Made by a program: the position numbers and the translations under genes. 64,000 nucleotides of DNA. Origin: Heptranchias perlo (taxonomy: Eukaryota). A model generated the notes under the pieces. That model was given only the letters and a program-made list of their open reading frames with translations, was not told where the DNA came from and made no database searches. Location: positions 11,036,001 through 11,100,000 of the forward strand of contig NC_090361.1 of assembly GCF_035084215.1 (NCBI RefSeq), written 5' to 3'. Shown one piece after another: positions 34,826-48,200 of the stretch; positions within the stretch are counted from its first letter, which is position 1; every line of letters starts with the position of its first letter.

Positions 34826-35527
34826 AACATAAGAAATAGGAGCAGGAGTAGGCCAATCGGCCTCTTGAGCCTGCTCCGCCATTCAATAAGATCATGGCTG
34901 ATCTGATCCTAACCTCAAATCTAAAGAACACAAGTAGGAGCAGGACCCGGCCACTCAGCCCCTGGGCCTGCTCCGCCACCCACAGGGCCTTGACCGATCC
35001 GAACTCAGCTTCATGTCCAATTTCCTGCCCACTCCCCGTAACCCCTAATTCCCTTTACTTCTAGGAAACTGTATTTCTGTTTTAAATTTATTTAATGATG
35101 TAGCTTCCACAGCTTCCTGGGGCAGCAAATTCCACAGACCTACTACCCTCTGAGTGAAGAAGTTTCTCCTCATCTCAGTTTTGAAAGAGCAGCCCCTTAT
35201 TCTAAGATTATGCCCCCTAGTTCTAGTTTCACCCATCCTTGGGAACATCCTTACCGCATCCACCCGATCAAGCCCCTTCACAATCTTATATGTTTCAATA
35301 AGATCGCCTCTCATTCTTCTGAACTCCAATGAGTAGAGTCCCAATCTACTCAACCTCTCCTCCATATGTCCACCCCCTCGTCCCCGGGATTAACCGAGTG
35401 AACCTTCTTTGTACTGCCTCGAGAGCAAGTATGTCTTTTCTTAAGTGTGGACACCAAAACTGTATGCAGTATTCCAGGTGCGGTCTCACCAATACCTTTA
35501 TATAACTGCAGCAATACCTCCCTGTTT
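34826..35527 (-). mobile_element. Young CR1 LINE, 5'-truncated
   Basis: [40 protein letters not shown]. Confidence 0.93.
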
Positions 35528-37294
35528 AGGGTGAGGTACAGATGCTGGCACCTTCCCCAAGTAGCTGCTTTTCATGTATGAGGCCAGGACTGGGCTAGGA
35601 GGGGCGAACGGTACAGGACGTTTGAACAGCAAACCAGTAAATAAAATTAAAGCAAGTAAACTTGAGACTGTACGCATGATCCTTAGTTCCCTCTGACTAG
35701 TTATTATCTAGGGCGGCTAAACCAAAATGCATTGGGATTTGGTCCTGAGCAATATAGACCAGGAAAATCCCAGATTTGATCCTTGTCTTGTGCTGAACAG
35801 AACAGTGAGAAAAGACACCAGGCGAGCCCCATTGATGACAACAGTGTAACCGCACACATTATTAAACCACCCCCTAACTACGCAATCTTCTGCAAGAAGC
35901 AACAAATAAAACCTGCAGCCAATTCAGGAGAAAAACCGTGGGGGAATTCCTCTCTGACTCCCTAACGGCAAACAAGCAAGACTCTGGGAGATGATGGTAG
36001 CTCACAATTTCAGCTGACCAGCAGACGTTCCAGAACTCAATGTCCTCATCACCCAGCAACCTATCAGTTGTGCTATTGTGTTCAGGTAGTCTGTTTTATT
36101 TTCTAGTGCCTTTTTATCATTTTGAATATTAGCTTCAGTTATGCTCTGCTGTGCTTGTTTTATATACTTGCCCCTATACTCCTGACAATTGTACGTTATA
36201 CATTAAAAAAAATACTTTCAATAATTTCCCTGCAAACCTCCCTATTTAGCAATTTGGGCTTTGCTTTACCTTGAACCTTTTTATCCTAGGGCTATACAAG
36301 CTATCCTTGTCCATCTGAACTGCTCTACCCCTTTACTGGGGTCAAGGCTGGGAACGGTGGTGACTTTGCCATACTACTACTCTGAATGAGCTGTTGGAAC
36401 GTGTGTAGTACAGTAGTTGCCTGGCGGTGCCTCTACGTTTTTGTTCTTCTGTTTCTGGAGAGGTGGTAAGTTCTTGCTGGTATTAGGAAGTTGGTGGTGC
36501 TGGGGTTGTGCTCAAACTTTATTCCTGCTGCTGCCCCCCCCCCCCCCCCCCAACCAGCTAGTGGTGATGGATTCTGATACTCCAAAATGCTGTGCTGCTT
36601 CAATATTTATCATTGGCAAGTGTAGGATGTAAGGAGACCAGCGAAGTTGCTGCTCGCTTAGCCCACGGGGCTACTTTGGAGGGACCAGAGGTGGTATTTT
36701 CAAGTGTCTAGGAACCTTGTTGCAGAAAGAAGTGACTAAAAGGAGAATTAGATGACCTGATTGAATGGGGGAGGGGTCTAATCTTGCCTTCTGTAATAAT
36801 CTTGTCTTCTGTAAATATTTTCCATCGAAAGCTTTCTCCTCACAGTGAAGTACATCACTTGGGACGTTGGGCTGGGAGAAAACTTTTCCCCATCCCATTG
36901 CTTTTTTTCCCCCAGCCGTTCTCTGTTGCCCCTTTTCTCCAGCAGGTGGCGTTGTGCTGCACTGTGGCCCCACAACTGATTCTGTGGTAATTTTCCTACC
37001 CATCAGTCCATAACTGAGCTTTAAGCCAAAAGTAGCTTCCCAGCTACCCTAATCTGAAAGTAACTGCTGGAATTATTTGCAGACCTGCCCTGCTGTGAAC
37101 AAGTCACCAGTATTTTGGATCTCTTGATGTCCTGAGAAGAAATTGAGATAGGGTTGAGCTGTCCCTGGTGATGGCATAATGGGTCGGTGCACAGTGTCCA
37201 GTATACCAGAAGATCCCAAATTTGATCTGTCATGCGTGCTGTGTTAACTGATCACAGCTGAGATTGCAAGTGGAGAACTATAATTTGCCTCAGT

Positions 37295-37895
37295 GAATCA
37301 TAGAAAGGTTACAGCACGGAAGGAGGCCGTTCGGCCCATCGAGTCCGTGCCAGCTCTATGCAAGAGCAATCCAGCTAGTCCCATTCCCCCGCCCTTTCCC
37401 TGCAGCCCTGCAATTTTTTTTTCCTTTCAAGTACTTATCCAGTTCCCCTTTGAAGGCCATGATTGAATCTGCCTCCACCACCCCCTCAGGCAGTGCATTC
37501 CAGATTCTAACCACTCACTGCGTAAAAAAGGTTTTCCTCATGTCACCTTTGGTACTTTTGCCAATCACCTTAAATCTATGTCCTCTGGTCCTTGATCCTT
37601 CCGCCAATGGGAATAGTTTCTCACTATCGACTCTGTCTAGACCCTTCATGATTTTGAATACCTCTATGAAATCGCCCCAAAACCGTCTCTGTTCCAAGGA
37701 GAACAACCCCAGCTTCTCCAGTCTATGTAACTCAAGTCCTTCATCCCTGAAATCATTCCAGTAAATCTCTTCTGCACCCTCTCTAAGACCTTCACATCCT
37801 TCCTGAACTGAGGTGCCCAGAACTGGACACAATACTCCGGTTGTGGAGGAACCAGTGTTTTATAAAGGTTCATCATGACTTTCATACTTTTCTAT
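37295..37895 (-). mobile_element. CR1 LINE 3' part
   Basis: [26 protein letters not shown]; tail gaatcatagaaaggttacagcacgg. Confidence 0.9.
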
Positions 37896-39545
37896 ATGTG
37901 CTCCTGGGAGAAGTTCCTATTCTGACCAATAATGATTAGGAAGCACACTTATGTGGATGTTAGGTGAGATTGGGGCTGAACTCTGCTGTGATGCCCTCCA
38001 CAGTTGAATAGATTGCAGACACTTACTGTGAATTGGATGTCTGAGGGCTACCAACAGAACTGTACTGTCAAGAATTGGTGTCTTTTTGGTGGAATCTGAG
38101 GGAAGTGGAAGAGCAAATAGGTTTTGAGTGCCCCAATGTACAGTAAACAAATGCATTTGGTGTTGGGGCAGTGAACCTGTCCGACCAGTAAGATTCAGGC
38201 AGATTCCTATTGTGTGTAATACCTGGTCTGTGGGGTTTTGTAGCACACCACATAAATTTGGTCTTTGTTCTCAGACCAGATAGAGCAATAATGGTTTCTG
38301 CTCCCATTCCTGATTGTTACCCAGTGAGACCTGCTGGAAATGTGAGATTAAGTGGAGAGCAGCTTTGGGCTCAGCTGTGATTGAATAGTCAGCAAATACA
38401 GCTTGTACATTAACAGCCCTGGCCAAGATTGAGGGAGATGGAGAAAGAGAGGGTGCTGCTGCTGGGTAAATCACCACTTTTCAGAAGAGCTAAATAGCAA
38501 GAGGTTTCCTGAAAGGAAGGTTAGTAGTGCCTTCTCATACTTAGATTGCTACTGCCACAGTAGACCATAGTGCAGTACTGACTGGATCTTTTGCACACCC
38601 TTCTCTAAAGCAGTCTATTAATTTGCTCCCGGACATTGCAAAAATTGAGAGGTTTCCATCGTGCCATTTGAAAGGTAGAATGAAAGAATAGCACAACTTG
38701 ATAAATGTCAAGTCGGGTCCCAAGTTTGATGCGTGGTCCTGGCAGTGATGGGAGCACTGCAACTGGCCCCCTGGGTAGAGGGTGGGGGAGGGAATTTCCA
38801 ACTATCCAGTGACCCTTGCTGGAAGGTGCAAACATTTGATGAGTGCAGGATTGCTGTGATGCTCCATGGTTGAATAGTCTATCAATGCTCATTAATGCTC
38901 ACAGGAATAATAGGCATTTGGGTGAGGTAGCAGAGGTTGCATGTGGAAGTGTATGTCAGTCAACAAATCAATACCTGCAGAGGATGAAGGGAGGGGATAA
39001 AATTGATGAGGAAAGAAAAATACATTGCTCCCTGCTCCCCAGCTTCTGTGCTGAGCTGGCCGATCTCAGCATGGTTGGAGCATTATATAGAAATTGAGGG
39101 GAAAGTCCAGGGTTCCTTATGATTGCTACTGCAAGGTACTTGTGAACAATGGTGAAAATTAGAATCAAGTTCAGCTGTGATTTGAATAGCCGCCTGACAC
39201 TGGGCTCACTTGTAAAAGGGCGCTTTGGCATGATACCGGAGACGGACCAGTCAGTGCCTGTCGAATCCCAGTAATGCCACCTCCGTATTCCTTTTTGTTT
39301 CCAGAAGAGGGAAGAAAACTGGGAGAAACAATGTCATGCCAATTTTATATAGTTGGAAGTAAACAAGTTATGTAAAGTGTACATAAAAAGATGGCATTTC
39401 AAATGTACATATTTCCAGCTTAATCTGTGTGTTGCATCATCAGTAATACCCTACAGATGCAAATTCAATTGAGCCCGATCATTAGATTGAACGAGGACAA
39501 GGACGTGTTTTGGGAGAAGCAAGAAACATTGGTCATGCACTCTAT

Positions 39546-39710
39546 GGGGTGAGTTTTCACTTTTATTGTCAGGTGGAAAACTGGTGATAACTGATCGACT
39601 CCCCCCTCCTGTTTTATGCACCCATTGACTTCAATGGAAATGACAATCAGGAGGGCTGTGTAACGGATGGCCAGTCCACTACCGCCTGACGGTAAATGAA
39701 AATTAACCCC
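39546..39710. mobile_element. Palindromic MITE-like element
   Basis: Ends ggggtgagttttca..gtcaggtgg / ccgcctgac..tgaaaattaacccc; inner ccctcctg/caggaggg; central ccattgacttcaatgg. Confidence 0.65.
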
Positions 39711-42215
39711 TGTGGTCTCGTGCCTAACCCATTTATGGGATCCCTAATATTTGTGGCAAACTGCTGGGTTAGGGAATGGATTGAGGTGGAAAAATCTTGT
39801 GAAATCTGCTGACGTTTGTTATAAGCATCACGTGTCTACCCTGGAACTCCACCACAGGCTCTTTAGAACCATGCACAGATATAAGGGAGCCAGTTAAGTC
39901 ACCGTGTGTCTCATGCTTGTAGCATTACAAAGCCTGATTTCCTTCCCCTGCAACCCCCCATGCCCCGGGCAGAAGCCAAGCAGTGAATTGACCTGGCTGA
40001 GGGTTTTTTTCTCCCACAGATAGTGAAATTTATTTTGACTGGTTGTGTGATCGATCAATGCACAGAGGTGGCACAGCGGATGCGAGGATTTCAGATATCA
40101 AACACAAGGTAGATACAGAACTTGCATTTATATAGCACTTTATCACCTCAGGCAGACTCTGTTTAACTTCTCATCAAAACAATGAGATGCATCTAGCAAT
40201 GCAGCACTTTCTCAATCCTGCACTTTAATGTCTGAGGCAAGAGTGACACAAAGAAAATATACCAACTATATCTATTATGTCTGCCTAGTTTCTTTTTCAA
40301 TCACATCTGTGAATACTGAAAAAAAAACTCTATTTGGTGACTGACATGTTTCACTGAGAAACTGCAAAAGGCTAAAGCTCCCTATGTACTTTGGTGAAGA
40401 ACTGAATTATTTCACTGATGTATCTTACAATTTTAAAATATCTTCAAAATGCCCTATTATTAGAGATGTAAAGCACTTGCATTCTAGGCTTTTGCATTCC
40501 AGGATTTTTTTTCTAATTGCTCTGAGGGCATTAAGAGTCAACCATACAGTGCAGGACTAGACCAGACCAGGCCAAGTAGAGGTTCCAGATCCTTTCCTTG
40601 GGGTGGGGGGGTGGGGTCGTGAACTAATTGGGTTTTTACATTAATCTGGCAGCTTTTATGGTCATTGTCTGGGGCCAGCCCACAAATGACCAGATTTCAT
40701 GTTTCCAGGACCCTGGGAAGTTTTTCCACCACTGGCCAGAGGCAATGATCCCAATTGTAATGCCTCTACATCTGTCTGCTCAGCTCCAACTAAACTGGTT
40801 CCATAATACAATGAGGTTGCTGTTCCAAATTTAGTCTTGCTTACATTACTGGGTTCGGTAAAAGCACAGGCACTAACAATGCAACAACTCTGTAAGAGCA
40901 ATAGTGTGCTTGTGGTGATACTCAAAAGTTGCACTTGTTTCTGACTGGGGACCTTTCCTGCTGTTGTGGAAACCATATTGCTGACTTGCACTGGTGTCTG
41001 AATGCCATCAAGTACTGCTGATCACACCTGTTTGTTTGCTTCAGGTGAGCTTTATCTCCTTCAAAGCCTGTCTCATGAGGTGGGTCCTCAGTGGATGCAG
41101 CGCTGCAATATAAATGCCACATTTCACTGGTCCTTTTTATTTGCCCCATTTTTCTCCTCTTCTGGTTATGAATCAGGCTGGGTTACTGTTCTTGTCACTG
41201 GATTGTGAATGCTGGGTGCTTTTCTGCTCCTTAATCTGGGGACATTTGTTTCTAGTCTCTGTTGTCCAATACCATAAGGAGAATTGGGTGGGTGGGGGCA
41301 GCAGGTATAATTCATCCTATACCCCTCTCAGTGCATTGGTGTGCCAACCTATTGCACCAACATAGTAGGGTGCATAGGTTTTTCCACTAATCCTCATTTC
41401 TGAACAATCACCCACATTATTAAAGTATAATACAAAGCATCTGGGGACTTAAAGCAGCCCATGAATCCCTAGCAAATTTAGCTGTACTATATGGCATAAA
41501 TATTCACCCTCATAAAATTTCCCTAAGGTTGGAAGTTCTGGGTTTCAATCTACTGATGCTAGCACCCCCACTGATCCCTCACTCAAGCAACCATGAGTTA
41601 AGATAGGCTAATTGACTGCTGAGAGCACCATAGCTGACCCTGTCATGACATCCACAAACTTTTCCTTGACTCAAGACAAATTGTGTGCCGCCACCCTGAC
41701 CAAAAATCATATTGGCTGAGCTAACTCTGCATAGACCGGGAATTGAACCTGGGACCTTTCATACTCTGCAATGGCTTAGTTACTCACTGGATGAACTCCC
41801 TGAACCATGGGGAGAGGAGAAACGCACACCTTCGTAAAATCTAAATATGAGGAAACACAAGTGAAGGAAACCTCTTTTATTCTTGATTTGAAAATTAGCA
41901 TTTAGGGTTGAATGTTAGAGTGTATTAGTTAGTCTGCAATTCTGCAGCATAACCATTGCATTCCCACTCATCAAGCTATGAAAAAGCCTGTCTGCTGCCC
42001 ACCGCTTCTGGTCGGGCAACTTACAGGCACTCATGGTTACTGTCGTCAAGAAGAATATGATTGACTTCGATTACCGCTAATCAGAAATGGCGTTGCCCCC
42101 TTAAACCCGCCCACTTGCCTCAGCCTAGACCAATCGGCGGTGGAGGGTGGTACATCCGGGTGAGTAGAAGCTCACTGGAAGGCGAGTGAGGACTTCTTTC
42201 TGAAGCCGAAGCAAA

Positions 42216-42234
42216 ATGGATGGTCGTTATTCAG
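42216..42234 (+). CDS. akap8: Gene B exon 1 (MDGRYS+G)
   Basis: caaaATG GAT GGT CGT TAT TCA G|gtcagt. Confidence 0.85.
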
Positions 42235-45200
42235 GTCAGTCAAGCAAGTCTTGATAGGCGCATCATAAGGTCTGGTCTCCTTCGTGTTGCACCCATTTTT
42301 GCTGCCGTATGGTTGACACGGAGATCGGCGTTTCTCTGTCGGTTGTCCGTTGGTTTTGTTTTGAAATTTTGTTTCGCGTCACACGGCAGAAAACCAACTC
42401 AACTTGCTGCCGCCGGCAATCCCGCCTCCCCTCGGGCTGATTGGCTGTGGAACGCTTCAGTTAGGAACGTTCTGTCATGCGATTGGTTAGCGGTGATGTC
42501 AATCACCAGAACTGTCGGGTTGAGTTGCAGGAGCACTGCAGGTCGTGCGCTGCGGCGGCGGCTGTTTTATTTCCAATCTGGGGGTACTTCCCCTTGCTCC
42601 CACATTCCTAATCTATCACGTTTTCTCTTGGGGAGCCACGCGGATTGTTGTTTCTGAAGTACACCACAGAGAAGCTGTCCTAATTCCGCCAATGTTTTTA
42701 ATAAAACTTGTTCGTTTAACGGCTGCTGTGCGCTTGCCTGGATGGTTCTTGAAGTCTCTCAACGGTTTTCGATGGTTCTCGACGTTTTGCCTCTCTGTGG
42801 CCCCCCCGCCCCCGCCACAAAATGGCGTCACTCAATGAGCGCGGCCCGTTCCCGACACACGCGCGCGCTGAGCCCCCCTCCACCCGCACGCGCTGAGCCC
42901 CCCTCCACCCGCACGCGCGCGCGCTGAGAGCCCCTCCACCCACGCGCGCGCGCTCAGATAACCCCACCCCCCTCCACCCGCACGCGCGCTCAGAGAGCCC
43001 CTCCACCCACGCGCGCGCGACGAGAGCCCGCACGCGCGCTCAGAGAACCCCCCGCGCGCGCGCGCGCGACGAGAGCCCCCGCCCCTCCACCCGCGCGAGC
43101 GCGCTGGGAGAGCCCGCCCCCTCCACGCGCTGGGAGAGCCCGCCCCCTCCACCCGCGAGCGCGCGCTCAGAATTTGCAAGGGGAAAACTGGACGGTGTGA
43201 CCCATTCAGGAGCCCGCCATTTTGAAGGCGTTCTGCCTCCCTTTGAGGGGACAAAGCAGTGGTGGTGGGAGGAGCTGCTGCTGTTGATGCTGGGAAATTT
43301 GCATATCTTGCAAGGTGGTAGAGAGGGGGCGGGGAGAAAATGGAATTGCTGTCTACCCTGATGTGCATTTGGATAAAATGCAGCACAATAAAAGCTGAAC
43401 CTATAGAACTTACATATCACCACGTGAAGTTGAAGGGGACGAGGTCCAGCCATATAGGGATAAGTTCTGATTTCTCTTTGTGTCAGCTCTGGTGAGAGCT
43501 GCCAACAAGGAGCAAGTCCCAAGCGTAGCTGCTTATCTGGTGCCTTTGCATCCTTTTGGATGGGGAAGATATAGCTTGTCACCTAGGCTGCAGTATATGG
43601 GCTGTCCATGCTTTTAATCCAAGCATGATGTCCTCTTTTCACTGGCTGTTGCCAGCTGATTTCTTTTTCCTCTTTTTTTAATGAAAAATTATGTCCCCAG
43701 ATGATGAGAAGAAATTCATTAGCAGGAGAGGCCAGTGCATTGCTTTCCCAACTTTGTAGCAATGTAGCAAGTAGAGATAAAATGGCTCATGACATTGTGT
43801 TGAAAATTACCAAAGCATCATCCTTTAATAGTGCAGTAGAAAATGGCATTTGCTCCTTTTTCTCAATGCTTTGGTAGGGTTTTGTCTGTCTATATCTAAA
43901 CACTTAAAACACATTATCGATTTAAATGTTAAAAACTGCTGGACCCCATACAAATAATGATTTACTCCTGTGTACCCCTGTCTGAAAGATAGTGTCATCT
44001 ATCATTTAAAAAAGGATACAATTGCACAATTAAAAAAATTGTACACAGCAGCAGAAATAATATGTTAGTGAGTGAACGCATTGAAATAGAGAAATCTAAT
44101 GAAATAAACCCAGTAACCTAGTGGACCGTCTTGGATCCTGTTGTTAACCCCCGAATGTCCAGGGACGTAGTTTGCAAATGTATCAGTGCCAAAGAATTCG
44201 ACTAATGTTCTGTGCTTGGAATGGCTACACAGAGACAAAAGCTTTTTGTTTTCATTAGCTTTCAGCAATGAAATTGATGACTTCTATTCACAAGAATAAC
44301 CTGGGGTTTTCAGAGCAAGGGTGCTGTTGTGCTCCACTTAAAAGAAAGAAATTGCATTTTTATAGCGCCTTTCACGGCCTCAGAACATCCCAAAGCACTT
44401 TACAGCGAATTCGGCATTTTTGAAGTGTGGTCACTGTTACAATGTAGGAAACGCAGCAGCCAATTTGTACACAAGGTCCGACAAACAGCAATGAGATAAT
44501 GACCAGATAATTTTTTTTAGTGATGTTGGCTGAGGGAAAAATATGGGCCAGGACATCGTGGAGAACTCCCCTGCTCTTCTTTGAATAGTGCCGTGAGATC
44601 TTCTACATCTGAGAGAACAGACAGGGCCTCGGTTTAACGTCTCGTCCGAAAGACGGCACCTCTGACAGTTTAGCACTCCCTCGGTACTGCACTGAAGTGT
44701 CAGCCTAGATTACGTGCTCAAGTCTCTGGAGTGACACTTGAACCCACAACCTTCTGACTCGGGCGAGCCACGGCTAAACTTTAGTGGATTATTGCAACAT
44801 CCTGCTTAATATTCTGTTTCACAATCTAGTTTGTAAAATTAGTCTTTTATTGAAAGATTTTTCCAAATTAAAATAGGACATTGTAATAACAGTCTTGTAT
44901 TTTACAGGCTCGTATGGAAATTGGAATGCAGAATCCTCTGGCGAAGGTAAGTTCTATCAGAAGTGAATGAGGTGGGAGGGGTAATTTGGCTAACGTCCCT
45001 GCCCAAGTCACATTTTCCTGGAACATGATTTAATTTGCAGCAAACATGGGAGTCATTTTAAACCTGATGGCAACATTTGAAAGGCCCAGCAGGTTCTGGA
45101 ATAGAAAACCTCCCACTAATTGACATCCTCTGCAGTTGCTCTGTCCTTGTTCTCCATCCCTTTGTTCATTGTGAAACCTGCCAGTTATTCTTTGATGCAT

Positions 45201-48200
45201 TACACTGGTGTGCTGATGTGCTGCACGAGGAATGGTCGTGTGCACGCTTCTCAGACTGTTGGTGTATGGGAAGCCATCAAATGGAGAAGAGGTCAGAACC
45301 TCAGCTTGAGCAGATCCTGGTGGCTGGTTTATGACCAGTGCTTGTTGGGACCACTGGTCTTTTTGATACATATTAATGACCTGGACTTGGGTACATAGGG
45401 CATAATTTTAAAGTTTGCAGATGACACGAAACTCGGAAATGTAGTAAACAGTGAGGAGGATAGTAACAGACTTCAGGAGGACATAGGCAAACTGGTGAAA
45501 TGGGCAGACACATGGCAGATGAAATTTAATGCAGAGAAATGTGAAATAATTCATTTTGGTAGGAAAAATGAGGAAAGGCAATATAAACTAAATGGTACAA
45601 TTTTAAGGGGGTGCAGGAACAGAGAGACCTGGGAGTGTATGTGCAGAAGTCTTTGAAGGTGGCAGGACAAGTTGAAAAGGCTGTTAAAAAGGCATAAGGG
45701 ATCCTTGGCTTTATAAATAGAGGCGTAGGGTACAAAAGCTTAGAAGTATCCTGAACCTTTATAGAACACTGGTTAGGCCCCAGCTGGGGTATTGTGACCA
45801 ATTCTGGGCACCACATTTTAGGAAGGAAATCAAGGCCTTATGAGATGGTGCAGAGGTGATTTACTAGAATGGTACCAGGGATGAAAAACTTTAGTTACGT
45901 GGAGAGACTAGAGAAACTGGGGTTCTCCTTGGAGCAGAGAAGGTTAAGGGGAGATTTGATAGATGTGATCAAAATAATGAAGGGTTTTGATTGAGTAAAT
46001 ATGTAGAAACTGTTTCCAGTAACAGAAGGGTTGGTAACCAGAGGATAGAGATTTAAGGTAATTGGCAAAAGAACCAGAGGCGACATGAGGTTCCCCAAAA
46101 ATTTACACAACGAGTTGTTGTGATCTGGAATGCACTGCCTGAAAGGTTGGTGGAAGCAGATTCAATAGCAACTGTCAAAAGGGAATAGGATAAATACTTG
46201 GAGGGAAAATTTGCAGTGCTATGGGAAAGAGCAAGGGAGTGAGACTAATTGGATAGCTCTTTCAAAGAGCCGGCACAATGAGCCGAATGGCCTCCTTCTA
46301 TGCTATATCATTCTATGATGAGTGGCGGGTGCAGGGATGAGAACTTTCATTTGCAAGTTCTAGTCCATTTGATGGACTCAGAATATTCCTGAAGTGTTCT
46401 GCTACAGTCATTTTTAGTGTCCATTTTGTTTCCGGAAAGAAGCACTGTTGCATGATTTTACTTAAGACAAAATAAGGATAGAAATGCAAACTATTGAGCG
46501 GCTTATGTCAATTATTTGCGTTTCTTTTAAAAAGCTTAGCTATTGATTTATATGGAAATATGGGAGAAAACTACAGTTCCTAGGTCACATACAACATAAT
46601 GCTCTTAGCTTTTCACTCCCATTATATGGAGATGATTTGTACACTTTCCATACCTATGTCTATATTGAATGTCTAGCCCCGAGATCTGTTTAGCTGGTTT
46701 TGGACAGGTGATGATTTTTTTTGAATTAATGGATCAACACCGAGATAACTCCATACCTCCAACTTGCTCTTTTTCTCTATAGTGACAACCATTCTTAATA
46801 GTGACAGTCTTAAAACCATTTAAAAACTTGCATACTTGGTTGATTTCAAGAAGAACTTTGACAATATTATTTTACAATTCATGTTTTTTTCCCCTCAGGC
46901 TATGATGGCTATGGTTATGGACAGGGTTCTGGATCAAATTATGGCTACGGTGGCAAATCATGGGACTCGCAGAAAGGCAATGCCAACCAATCTTCTGATT
47001 CCATTGTTGCTAAAATTAACCAGCGGTTAGACGTGCTTTCTCGCAACGAGGGTGATGAACAGGAAAGGTATCTATCAGGACTTCAAAAACAGAAGAGCTG
47101 CTGTGTGCCAATCGGGAGACTAATCTAGTTGGAGCTTTGTGCTTTATTTTACTTCTGGTATTTTGAATTTCCAAGATTAGACTCCTAATTAGTATTAAAC
47201 ATTGTATATTCAGTGAGTCAGTGCGCTGTGTCTTTTATATTTGCAGTGTTGTACAGTGTGCTTATCCTTAATGATTTATATGCAGAATAACTCCTCAAAT
47301 GGAAAAATTGCAGTGGTTGGCTTCCTGTTGCAGACACCATGCTTATCCTCAACTACTTACTGATTATTTACTTATTTCAGTGCAGTGATATGGAGGAGCT
47401 GAGGTGGCAATAGAACGTCCTTGTTTCTGTCTTGGCCTAACTCTGTGAAGGTGGTAGCTTTGATTGGGAGGCCAGTAATTTGTGTTTTTAAACTGGTTAT
47501 GGAGAAGTATTTTTTAGATCGCTCTACGATAAGGTTGCTGTATTTGATATGCCAAATGGAAAGAGCACTATCATCAGTGTTCAAATGGGTTAAACGAGCT
47601 TTGTGTTGAATTGATACATAAATAATTTTAGGTTTATTACAAAGTAATACTGCTGTTCCATTTTTGGGGAAAAGGCGAAATAACAATAGGGTTCTAATAC
47701 TAAATTGCACTTTTGTGACTACTGGAAGTGAAGGTTTACTAGGAGGTCCTCAGTGACTTTGTTGATAAGTGCACTGTAGTATGAGCTGAGCCATACTGAC
47801 GAGGAGAGTGTCCCTGATCTGAATTGCTTATCTCAGTTGGAGCAGGGACTGTAGCAGCCCCTCCCTACAGTTCACCATTGACTCCCTGGTGTTGGGAAGG
47901 TGTGATGGAGCTTGATATGCATTCCTGCTAGAAGTACATGCCTATAGATATATATGTAGATGTCAGTGAGGACAAAATCCAGATTTCTATGATGGCCTTT
48001 TGATTGAAGAGTTTTCTAAAGCTTACTTGCAGTGTTAATCACCATGGCTGAAGTACTGGAGGTTACTGGTCCCTGTGGAATTCTGCTTTCATAAGAGATG
48101 CAGCATGGAGGGGAGAAGGTGGTGCATCAAGCAGGTTGGCACCCCTCCAATTAACACTTGTGCTGCAACTGCTTTGTCTTTATGCATGTTACTTGCAAAG

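Larger units (their letters stand above)
42060..43230 (+). promoter_or_regulatory. CpG-island promoter and intron-1 regulatory region of gene B
   Basis: CCGCCC, CCAATC 42131, CATCCGG ETS-like site; GATTGGTT-N8-TGTCAATCA 42481-42505; YY1 sites 42818-42827 (+) and 43215-43224 (-). Confidence 0.85.

Noticed and set aside
42832-43582. 180-184 aa minus-strand ORFs
   Set aside because: Stop-poor GC minisatellite and CpG island; no recognisable domain
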